NCBI GenBank assembly: GCA_947461425.1 | Contig: CANHKZ010000001.1 | Span: 1,346 to 65,345, forward strand | Origin: Flavobacteriaceae bacterium | Lineage (GTDB): Bacteria > Bacteroidota > Bacteroidia > Flavobacteriales > Flavobacteriaceae | DNA: 64,000 nucleotides | Direction: 5' to 3' | Shown here: piece after piece, positions 9,065-17,413 of the stretch | Numbering within the stretch: the stretch's first letter is position 1 | Layout of the letters: every line of letters starts with the position of its first letter | Translations under genes and position numbers: made by a program | The notes under the pieces: model-generated | Seen by the model: the letters and a program-made list of their open reading frames with translations, nothing else | What the model was told of the DNA's origin: nothing | Database searches by the model: none

Positions 9065-9072
9065 CAAATTTA
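9065..9072 (-). promoter_or_regulatory. candidate -7 promoter element inside cassette 1
   Basis: Minus strand TAAATTTG matches the Bacteroidota TAnnTTTG consensus, about 80 nt upstream of ATG 8982. Confidence 0.4.
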
Positions 9073-9172
9073 CTCACCGCTTTACTATTAAAAGACTTTT
9101 CTATTTTTAATATTTTTCATTATATATTATTTCTATCTAATTGGTTCAAATTTTGGCGTTTTTTCAGTTATA

Positions 9173-9309
9173 ATTTCTTACAACTCGTTTTTTGGCGCAA
9201 GTTGCCCATACAAGCGGTTACAAACGATTTAAGTCGTTTGCATTTTAAATAAAATCTGTAAAGGAAGTTGATTTGAGATCCAATGCAGTTTTAGGGCTTT
9301 TCAAATGTA
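9173..9309 (-). promoter_or_regulatory. array leader: Pc-like promoter and attI-like GTT box
   Basis: TACATTTG at 9309-9302 faces the array; the leader ends AAAAAACGAGTTGTAAGAAAT at 9173. Confidence 0.55.
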
Positions 9310-9381
9310 ATAAATTAATTGAACAATTTAAAAATTTAAAAATTTAAAATATTCGAAAGTTCGTGTTGTTTATATGCCAAT

Positions 9382-9407
9382 AAAAAACCCGCTTCGAGAA
9401 GCGGGTT
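9382..9407 (-). terminator. intrinsic terminator of the UDP-GlcA decarboxylase gene
   Basis: aacccgctt/aagcgggtt stem followed by a T-tract on the minus strand. Confidence 0.85.
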
Positions 9408-9412
9408 AGTTT

Positions 9413-10396
9413 TTATGTAATATAATTCGAGAAATCTTTGTGTTCCTCTTTCAATAATTCTTCTGGAGATAAGGATTTGAAATACTCATAGGTAATTTTC
9501 ATTCCTTCGGCACGGCCTACTTTGGCTTCCCAGCCCAATAGCTCTTTGGCTTTGGTGATGTCAGGTTGGCGCTGCAATGGGTCGTTTATGGGTAACGGAT
9601 GATAGACTACTTTTTGATTCGTACCCGTTAACTTGATGATTTCTTCGGCAAAGTCTTTAATCGTAATTTCGTCTGGATTCCCAATGTTAACCGGATACAC
9701 ATAATCCGAATGTAGCAACCTAAAAATTCCTTCCACTTGATCATCTACATAACAGAACGAACGTGTTTGCAATCCGTCGCCAAAAATGGTTAAATCCTCG
9801 CCACGAATCGCTTGCCCAATAAAGGCTGGAATGACGCGGCCGTCATTAAGGCGCATTCTTGGTCCGTAGGTATTGAAGATGCGAACAATTCGAGTTTCCA
9901 CGCCATGAAACGTATGGTACGCCATGGTAATCGATTCTTGGAAACGTTTGGCTTCGTCATATACGCCTCTTGGGCCAATGGTGTTTACGTTGCCATAGTA
10001 TTCTTCGGTTTGTGGATGCACTAATGGATCGCCATACACTTCTGAAGTCGAAGCAATTAAAATGCGTGCTTTTTTAACGCGTGCCAAGCCTAATAAGTTG
10101 TGTGTTCCTAACGAACCTACTTTTAGGGTTTGAATCGGAATTTTTAAATAATCGATTGGACTTGCTGGCGAAGCAAAATGTAAAATATAATCTACCTTTC
10201 CGGGAACGTGAACAAATTTGGTGATGTCATGGTGGTAAAATTCGAAGTTTTCCAACTTGAATAAATGTTCGATATTTTTCAGATCGCCCGTAATCAAATT
10301 GTCCATGCCTATAACAAAATAACCTTCTTTTATAAATCGGTCACAAAGATGCGATCCTAAAAATCCCGCCGCTCCTGTTATCAATATTCGTTTCAT
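9413..10396 (-). CDS. UDP-glucuronic acid decarboxylase family (extended SDR)
   Basis: [24 protein letters not shown] and YDEAKR motifs. Confidence 0.92.
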   Translation of the reverse strand: MKRILITGAAGFLGSHLCDRFIKEGYFVIGMDNLITGDLKNIEHLFKLENFEFYHHDITKFVHVPGKVDYILHFASPASPIDYLKIPIQTLKVGSLGTHNLLGLARVKKARILIASTSEVYGDPLVHPQTEEYYGNVNTIGPRGVYDEAKRFQESITMAYHTFHGVETRIVRIFNTYGPRMRLNDGRVIPAFIGQAIRGEDLTIFGDGLQTRSFCYVDDQVEGIFRLLHSDYVYPVNIGNPDEITIKDFAEEIIKLTGTNQKVVYHPLPINDPLQRQPDITKAKELLGWEAKVGRAEGMKITYEYFKSLSPEELLKEEHKDFSNYIT

Positions 10397-10436
10397 AGTT
10401 TATCTTTTTTTACCCATTGGTTTTATTGCTGATTTT

Positions 10437-10600
10437 ACGTCAGTTCGAGTGATTTTCGACCGTCCCGAAACGTCGGGATCAGGAAGAAAATTGTCCTTCG
10501 TCTCCGCTCAGGATGACAGAACTAGTAAAATTTCATTAAAAACGATTCTCGATACATTTTTTGTTCCATTTCACTACACAAAAAACACTCGAATTGACGT
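10437..10600. mobile_element. composite REP/MITE-like element
   Basis: Terminal inverted repeats acgtcagttcgagtg/cactcgaattgacgt (14/15); internal tcccgaaacgtcggga hairpin and ccttcgtctccgctcaggatgaca unit. Confidence 0.7.
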
Positions 10601-10606
10601 TTTTAT

Positions 10607-12289
10607 TTATTGTTGATTTACATTAAATATTTGTTCCAAAATTTTGATCGTAATCAAATAGGTTGGTTTTACGCCTGTGGTTCCTAATCCGCCAGAGGCC
10701 AAAGTGCTTCCGGTTTCTAATGGATTGTCTGAAGCATAATAGGCGTAGCGTACTTTAATATCTTTTGGTACGCTTTTTCTAATTCTTGAAGCCGATTGAA
10801 TGGCTTTTTGATAATAAGCTCCTTCCATTTCTAATCCGATGGCTCTCCAAGTCGATTCGTGGAAAAACTGCAACAAATCCCTGTTTTGCAAGGAAGTTCC
10901 TAAAACCGTTACCATAGGTCCGGCAAATACCGCAATGTCATTGCCTTCAAACATCTCGGCAGTTAATTCGTTTTCAAAAAAGTAATTGTCGGCCGTTCCT
11001 TCGTTGATATGCGCATTTGGAATCATAATATCTCCCTTGCCTCCTTCTAAAATACCGGCTTTTCCCATAATGGAAATCGACTGAGCGTTTAAGAAGGTTT
11101 CTTTTTTAAAGGGTTTGAACAACTCGTCAATCGTTTCATACGCTTGCTCTCCAAAAGCATAATCCATGACAATTAGGACTGGCTTTTCGTCGCCTAGATT
11201 CGCTTTAGGAAAAGACGTTTTGCTCCAATCTATTTTGGCTGTGTCAAAAATCTGAACATCGATATTCGTTCCTGAAGTATCGGGCAAGGAAATCATTCCT
11301 TGTTTCAAGGCAATCGCTTCGACTAGATCCCGTACTTCATTAGCGCCTGACTTACTCAATTCTTCATAAACAAAGAAATCGGATTGGTTTTTGAACTTGG
11401 TTTTCAAAGCTGGAACCGCAAAAATAGAGTTCATCACCGAGTGCATATTGGCACTAATCACATGAATGGGTCTGCCTAATAAATGATTTTCTTTTAATAC
11501 TTCTTTGATGTTGGTCGCCCAAATCTCACCGTGAATGTGGTGTCCCAAACGCTCTCTCAACACTGGGCTGAAAGTAATGGTGCGTTTGTTGTTTTCAAAA
11601 ATTTCTTCGATGGCTAATTTTCCTAACCAATAAATAAGATGTAAAAAACGATCTGGTGCTGCTGCTGAGCCAAAGGCATCATAAATATCTAAGATTTCTT
11701 CGAAAGTTCGGCCAAGAATATTGGCAGTATGAGAAATCGCTTTCTCTTTCTCTATTTGAGTTAATTTTTTATTTTGCTGAACGGCGATTTCTAATTTTTT
11801 CCAATCGTGGGAAACCTCTCCTGCTTCGTCTAGCAACACTCTGTTTTTAATCTTGTGTGATTCGATGAAAATAAAAGTCAAGTGCGTCAAAATATCGTAA
11901 ATGTCGGAACGCCCACGAGTAATGACTACGTTCATTTGCTCTTCGTCAATGCGGTAGCAATTACGGCGTCTTTTTGGAGGAACAATCGCTTTGAAATGGG
12001 ATTTAGAATAACCCTCATCTGAAGTTAAATTGATGAATCGGCATTCTTCAATACCTATTGGAAGTCGTTCAATAACATACAAAAGGCCGTTTAATTCTAC
12101 TTTTTCGTCGGCAATATTTCCATAAATTTCTGGGCGTAAAGCCAATAAAGCTTCGCGTAAAGTGTCTCCTGAAACTCCCATCGGTTTGTAAAAACCGCGG
12201 TTGAATAAATGCCTCATGGTAATGTACAGTCGTTCAATAGCTGCTGACGACTCTTGCGCTCGTGAGCGCGAAATGTGTTTAGTATCCAT
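10607..12289 (-). CDS. conserved Bacteroidota protein (DUF6909-like) with probable C-terminal nucleoside-phosphorylase-like fold
   Basis: 560 aa; MGKAGIL, GLEMEG and YYASDNPL motifs resemble the PNP/UDP-phosphorylase superfamily. Confidence 0.7.
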   Translation of the reverse strand: MDTKHISRSRAQESSAAIERLYITMRHLFNRGFYKPMGVSGDTLREALLALRPEIYGNIADEKVELNGLLYVIERLPIGIEECRFINLTSDEGYSKSHFKAIVPPKRRRNCYRIDEEQMNVVITRGRSDIYDILTHLTFIFIESHKIKNRVLLDEAGEVSHDWKKLEIAVQQNKKLTQIEKEKAISHTANILGRTFEEILDIYDAFGSAAAPDRFLHLIYWLGKLAIEEIFENNKRTITFSPVLRERLGHHIHGEIWATNIKEVLKENHLLGRPIHVISANMHSVMNSIFAVPALKTKFKNQSDFFVYEELSKSGANEVRDLVEAIALKQGMISLPDTSGTNIDVQIFDTAKIDWSKTSFPKANLGDEKPVLIVMDYAFGEQAYETIDELFKPFKKETFLNAQSISIMGKAGILEGGKGDIMIPNAHINEGTADNYFFENELTAEMFEGNDIAVFAGPMVTVLGTSLQNRDLLQFFHESTWRAIGLEMEGAYYQKAIQSASRIRKSVPKDIKVRYAYYASDNPLETGSTLASGGLGTTGVKPTYLITIKILEQIFNVNQQ

Positions 12290-12331
12290 ACTTTTCTATT
12301 TTATTTAACCTGCAAAAATACACTATTTTTT

Positions 12332-13210
12332 CTAGTTAGTAAGGATTAAATTAATGGCTGGCTCAAAAACTTTACTGTCAAATTTTTTAAAATCCTCATT
12401 TTGACTAATCGGTTGTTTCGGAAATTTATACCACCCTTTTTCAGTAAAAACAAAACTGTTTTGGTCGTCAACTAAATTATAAACCAATCCGGGTTCATAA
12501 CTAACTGCTTTTAATTTTTTATTAGGTTGGTTGTAGAAACTTTTATTTTCTTCTAAAAAAAGCGTTTCAAAAGCTATAAAAATTCCGTTTTCAGGGAATA
12601 CAAGATTGTATTTTTCGAAATTGATTGCGTTTTCATTCTTTCCTTTTTTAACTGTAATGATTATTTCTTCATCCATTAAATCGTTGCCGGGATACCCTAG
12701 ATTATTGACTCCCAAAACGCGAAGTTTAAATTTTGCGGATGCTATTTTAGATTTCGTGAAAATTTTAACTTTTTTTATGTATTTAGTCTCTTTGTAGCTT
12801 TCTTTAAAAGGAAAATAACGCCCTTTCAAATTGCTAAATACAGCTGTAATTCGAATTGCATTCTTTTGAAGATTTTCACCAATTTCTATTTCTTTTTTAA
12901 ATTTTGGCCGTTCAACAACCACTTCTTTTAATTCAAAAACTTTAGGATTCAATAAGATTATCCCGTTTTTTGATGAGGCTCTCTTTATTTCAAAACCCAA
13001 AGCCGAAAAGACCAATACTTTTTCGTCTTTTATGTCCAATGAAAAACTGCCGTTTTCTTCAGATGTTGTTCCAATAGTTTCATTCTCTACCCAAATATTC
13101 ACATAAGGAATGGGTTGTCCCGAAATACTATCTTTTACAACGCCGCGAATTTGTGCGGAGGTATAAAACCCAAGCAAAAGCAAAACCAACAAAAACCTTT
13201 TTTTTTGCAT
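12332..13210 (-). CDS. carboxypeptidase-regulatory-like domain secreted protein
   Basis: Signal peptide; GVVKDSISGQPIPYVNIWVENETIGTTSEENGSFS; paralog of 5411..6343. Confidence 0.8.
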   Translation of the reverse strand: MQKKRFLLVLLLLGFYTSAQIRGVVKDSISGQPIPYVNIWVENETIGTTSEENGSFSLDIKDEKVLVFSALGFEIKRASSKNGIILLNPKVFELKEVVVERPKFKKEIEIGENLQKNAIRITAVFSNLKGRYFPFKESYKETKYIKKVKIFTKSKIASAKFKLRVLGVNNLGYPGNDLMDEEIIITVKKGKNENAINFEKYNLVFPENGIFIAFETLFLEENKSFYNQPNKKLKAVSYEPGLVYNLVDDQNSFVFTEKGWYKFPKQPISQNEDFKKFDSKVFEPAINLILTN

Positions 13211-13217
13211 CTTTTTC

Positions 13218-14705
13218 CTATTCTCTATCTAATAAATCAGCAATTTTTCTGTCATTAGACAGTCGCGGAATTTTATTCTGACCCCCTAATTTTCCGATCG
13301 ATTTCATATAGTCTTGGAAACCGTTTTTAGCCACTATTGTAATGACTAATGGGCGCAACACATTTCCAATAATTAAATCGTCATAATATGCATTTTGCTT
13401 TCGCATCGCGCCGTCAATTTGTAATGCAAATGCTGCTAAATTATCGGGGGCGTTTTCAAATTCTATCAACCATTCGTGGTAGGGCAATCCTTCGGCTGGA
13501 TTGATTTGTGGTGCCACTGTAAATTCATTCACGCGAATTGTAGTTCCCTCCATGGCTTCCTGCAAGGCGCTTTCTACTTCTTTTCCAATGACATGTTCGC
13601 CAAAAGCAGAAATATAATGTTTGATTCGACCTGAAACAATCACTCGGTAGGGTGCTAAACTCGTGAACTGAACGGTATCGCCAATATTATACGCCCAAAG
13701 ACCGGCATTAGTGGACAAAATCAAAACGTAATTCACGCCTAATTCCACTTCGCCAATGGTAAGCCGTTGTGGATTTTCCTTATAAAACTCCTCGCTCTTA
13801 ATAAATTCGTAGAAAATTCCAGAATTCAATAATAACAACATCCCTTTCTCTTTTTGGGAATCTTGGTACGCAAAAAATCCTTCTGAAGCTGGAAAAAGCT
13901 CAATTGAATCGACTTTTCGACCAATTAAGTTTTCAAATTTGGCACGATAAGGTTCGTAGTTCACACCGCCATAAATAAATAGATTGAAATTCTTAAAAAT
14001 TTCGCCTACGGGCTTCCCTTCTTTTTGCTGTAATTTTTCAAAATACATTTGAACCCAAGACGGAATTCCAGAAATGACCGACATGTTCTCGTCAAACGTT
14101 TCTTCAACAATGGCGTTGACTTTGGTTTCCCAATCTTCAATACAATTGGTTTCCCAAGAGGGCATCCGGTTTTTTTGTAAATATTTCGGAACAAAATGCG
14201 CTACGATTCCTGACAAACGCCCTAGTTGTATTCCGTTTTTTTCTTCCAAAACCGGACTTCCTTGTAAAAAAATCATTTTTCCGTCTACAAAATCAGCATT
14301 GCCTGTTTCGTGAATGTAATGTAAAATTGCATTGCGCGCCGCTTCAATATGATACGGCATGGATGCTGCGGTCAACGGAATGTATTTTGCGCCAGAAGTT
14401 GTGCCAGAGGTTTTGGCAAAATACAACGGCTTGCCTTTCCAAAGTACATTCTCCTCCCCGTTTACTACTCGATCAACATAGGATTTCAATTGTTCGTAAT
14501 CACGAACAGGGACTTGTTGGGCAAAATCGGCAGGGTTTTTAATTTGATGAAAATTGTGGTCTAAGCCAAACTGCGTGTCTTTCGCTTGACGAATTAATTC
14601 TTGGAAAACTTTCTTTTGCGTAGCAACGGGGCTTGATGACCAAACTTTAGTTTTTTTTACCACTTGACTTGCAAACAAACGAGCTGCAATAGATTTTATT
14701 GACAT
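13218..14705 (-). CDS. GH3 family acyl-adenylate-forming enzyme
   Basis: FAKTSGTTSGAKYIP, FPASEGFF and YNIGDTV GH3 motifs; start reassigned to MSIKS. Confidence 0.9.
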   Translation of the reverse strand: MSIKSIAARLFASQVVKKTKVWSSSPVATQKKVFQELIRQAKDTQFGLDHNFHQIKNPADFAQQVPVRDYEQLKSYVDRVVNGEENVLWKGKPLYFAKTSGTTSGAKYIPLTAASMPYHIEAARNAILHYIHETGNADFVDGKMIFLQGSPVLEEKNGIQLGRLSGIVAHFVPKYLQKNRMPSWETNCIEDWETKVNAIVEETFDENMSVISGIPSWVQMYFEKLQQKEGKPVGEIFKNFNLFIYGGVNYEPYRAKFENLIGRKVDSIELFPASEGFFAYQDSQKEKGMLLLLNSGIFYEFIKSEEFYKENPQRLTIGEVELGVNYVLILSTNAGLWAYNIGDTVQFTSLAPYRVIVSGRIKHYISAFGEHVIGKEVESALQEAMEGTTIRVNEFTVAPQINPAEGLPYHEWLIEFENAPDNLAAFALQIDGAMRKQNAYYDDLIIGNVLRPLVITIVAKNGFQDYMKSIGKLGGQNKIPRLSNDRKIADLLDRE

Positions 14706-15052
14706 GGTGTTTCTTTTTTCTTTAATTCGTTTTCGGTGCTCAATAAAATATAAGCGACAACAGCAATTGACGACAGTACTCCTATCCAAACTTCGGTCGT
14801 TTCTGTTGTAGTAATAACTATTTTAAAAAAACTTATCAGAATTAAAACTAAACTACCTTTTATCATTTTTTGGGTAGAAAATTGTTGTGCAAGATCCCAA
14901 TTGTTTTGGTTTTTCATTGACCTTGTAGTTCGGTAGCCATACCACTGATTTATTTTTTTAGGCGGAAAAAAATGAGATATCAAACCTGAAATAAAAAAAA
15001 TAGAACCCATCAGTAGGTTCATTAATAAACAATGTTCAACAACTGTATTCAT
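14696..15052 (-). CDS. SdpI/YfhL family membrane protein
   Basis: PPKKINQWYGYRTTRSMKNQNNWDLAQ signature; three hydrophobic segments. Confidence 0.85.
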   Translation of the reverse strand: MNTVVEHCLLMNLLMGSIFFISGLISHFFPPKKINQWYGYRTTRSMKNQNNWDLAQQFSTQKMIKGSLVLILISFFKIVITTTETTEVWIGVLSSIAVVAYILLSTENELKKKETPCQ

Positions 15053-15538
15053 TTATTTATTCTTTTGGTAAGATTGTTCTTCTTTGGTTACGCGCTTTCG
15101 TAATTCTAACTCTTCCTTTGTGGCTGATAAATTTCCCTCTACCGGGATCTCTTCTACAGATGACAGAATAGAATCTTTGTTAAATTTTGCAAATTCCAAT
15201 TCGCCTGTCAATACTTTTTTAAGCGATTTAATATAGGCTTCATTATATTCCAAGGCTTGAGTTAAAGAATCTGATTTTAAAGCTAATACGGTAGCATCGC
15301 GTTTTAATTTGGAAGACGAATAGCCCGGAATAAATTCCCGCAAAGGAGTAAAAGCAATAATGAAAGTTGTAATAAAAATAATGAAAATTGCCCCCAATCC
15401 CAACACTATAAAAACATTCATTAACGTTAGTTTTAACGAAAAGGTCTCTTCAAAAGTGTCTTCGTTTAAAATAATTAAACGCCTTTTGTTAAACAGATTT
15501 TCTTTTAATTTTTGTCTAAATAAGCCTTTGTTAAACAT
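15053..15538 (-). CDS. membrane-anchored protein resembling the N-terminal half of flavobacterial M23 peptidases
   Basis: RLIILNEDTFEE, TM helix, FTPLREFIPGY, coiled coil; no HxxxD/HxH catalytic motifs. Confidence 0.65.
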   Translation of the reverse strand: MFNKGLFRQKLKENLFNKRRLIILNEDTFEETFSLKLTLMNVFIVLGLGAIFIIFITTFIIAFTPLREFIPGYSSSKLKRDATVLALKSDSLTQALEYNEAYIKSLKKVLTGELEFAKFNKDSILSSVEEIPVEGNLSATKEELELRKRVTKEEQSYQKNK

Positions 15539-15755
15539 GGAATGTAGTTTATTGAACAAATATAAACAATAAATAATACTAGAAAGAGAGTTGTATTAAA
15601 GAAGCGAAATTGCTACAAAAAGGATTTTAATAGAATTTTAACGCTGCCATCAATAAATAAATGATGAAAAAACAATTGTGGTTCAGTAATTCTATATACA
15701 TTTGTACTTTAAACTAGAATAGAAATTTGCTTCGGCATTTAAAAATATCTTAATT

Positions 15756-15926
15756 ATGGGAAGATTTGGTATTACAGAATTACTTGTTATTGGAGCATTT
15801 ATTTTATTGCTTTTTGGAGGTAAAAAAATTCCAGAACTAATGAAAGGTTTGGGAAGCGGAATTAAAGAATTTAAAAACGCCGCTAAAGACGATTCATCTG
15901 ACAAAAAAGACGAAACCAAAGAATAA
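15756..15926 (+). CDS. tatA: twin-arginine translocase subunit TatA (not in ORF track)
   Basis: Manual translation [44 protein letters not shown]... (56 aa). Confidence 0.95.
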   Translation: MGRFGITELLVIGAFILLLFGGKKIPELMKGLGSGIKEFKNAAKDDSSDKKDETKE

Positions 15927-15946
15927 TTCTTTTCGCTTTATAATAC

Positions 15947-15977
15947 AAAAACCCAAGTTGATTAACTTGGGTTTTTT
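15947..15977. terminator. bidirectional intrinsic terminator (tatA/rpiB)
   Basis: aaaaacccaagtt-gatt-aacttgggtttttt. Confidence 0.85.
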
Positions 15978-16172
15978 GCTTTTAAACTATCATTGTCAAT
16001 TAAATCAGTTTGCGGTCTTCGTCCGCCTCAGTCACTTTAAGCTCAACCTGTTGGTGCGGTTTGACAACTCCCACAAAACCTGTTTTGAATTAGGAAATTG
16101 GAAGTTGTGTGCTGTTCTATTATTTTAGGTTTTAGCAGCGCTTACTTTTTATTTTACCTATACTATTGGTAT

Positions 16173-16604
16173 TTATTGACAGGCAATTTTATTTACGCGG
16201 TTTTGGTGTCTTCCACCTTCAAATTCAGTGTTTATAAACGTTTCCACCATTTCTACTGCTTGCGGGATGGAAGTATAACGAGCGGGAATACTAATCACAT
16301 TTGCATCGTTATGCAATCTTGCTAAGGCAGCGATCTCTTTTATCCAACACAAAGCAGCGCGCACTTTTTGATGTTTATTCACTGTCATGGCAATTCCATT
16401 ACCGCTACCACAAATCACAATTCCAAAATCAGCCTTTCCATCTTCAACATCTTGAGCCACTGGATGCGCCATATCAGGATAATCAACCGCATCAAAAGAG
16501 TCAGTGCCATAGTTCGTAATTTGATGTCCTTTTGCTTCAAGTATAGCTACAATTGCTTTTTTATATTCAGGACCAGCATGGTCATTTCCAATTGAAATTT
16601 TCAT
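16173..16604 (-). CDS. rpiB: ribose-5-phosphate isomerase B
   Basis: GNDHAG, ICGSGNG, ARLHNDANV and FEGGRH motifs. Confidence 0.96.
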   Translation of the reverse strand: MKISIGNDHAGPEYKKAIVAILEAKGHQITNYGTDSFDAVDYPDMAHPVAQDVEDGKADFGIVICGSGNGIAMTVNKHQKVRAALCWIKEIAALARLHNDANVISIPARYTSIPQAVEMVETFINTEFEGGRHQNRVNKIACQ

Positions 16605-17413
16605 TTAAGTGGTGTGTTTATATTTTGTTCAAAATTAAGGAAAGATTTTGAGTTAGAAATCATAAATAGATTGGTTTATTTACTTGTTTAATATTTGTGT
16701 TACATTATAAAAAAAATAAAATTTAAATAGCAGTCTAACAGAATATTAGCTTAAAACAATTTCTAAATAATATAAAAACATTTAGATTCTAGACTGTATT
16801 TCATATTAAAAATGTTAAAATATTGAATTGTTAATAGTAAAACATAAAGTGTTGATTTTCAGTTAACCTTAAATTAACATACTGTGTTCATAACTCGAGA
16901 TAGAAAATAAGAACTTTTTAGTACAGGAAAAGAAAAATTATGTAATCCAAAATCTAGTTTAAAAATCCTAATTTAGTTTGTTTAATTTTTAGAAAAGTTA
17001 TGAATAGAAAAAAAGGATTTATTAACAGATTTTAAAAATTTACTTATTTACAAAATGAATAAATTTTAGGTTATAAACAGCTGTTAATTAAAATTAAGAA
17101 GTTCTTTGTTTTTAAATCGTTACCTATAAAAATCAATGTTGATAACTAAAAATAACTAGATGTAACTTTATTTAAAATCCTTTTTTAAAAAATTTATACT
17201 AACTATTAACACACTATAATAACCATTAAAAAATAAATTTAAATTTTCTTTTCTTTTTGTTGTAATATATTAATGTTGACAACTTTTAGATTTTTTAAAA
17301 TATTTTTAAAAAATTTTATTTATTTACTAAAAGTTATATTTTTAATAAATCTAAGTCTTAAAAAAGGTATTCTTATTTCTTATTTGTAATTTTAGACTTT
17401 TAAGAAAAAATAT
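16605..17413. other. probable replication origin oriC
   Basis: 809-bp ORF-free, very AT-rich; TTATnAACA-type boxes at 16829, 16885, 17019, 17071, 17082, 17137, 17203, 17274; gene strand switch; parS sites nearby. Confidence 0.7.

Noticed and set aside
4131-9400. Island read as a prophage because of the BRO-N gene
   Set aside because: No integrase, terminase, structural or replication genes
14706-14789. Extended GH3 N-terminus (MDRSTVVNCCC...)
   Set aside because: Overlaps the SdpI gene in another frame; MSIKS is the more plausible start
15692-15919. 75-aa minus-strand ORF
   Set aside because: Antisense shadow of tatA
16005-16085. GC-richer patch between tatA and rpiB as a possible sRNA or REP remnant
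   Set aside because: No convincing stem or second copy in the window
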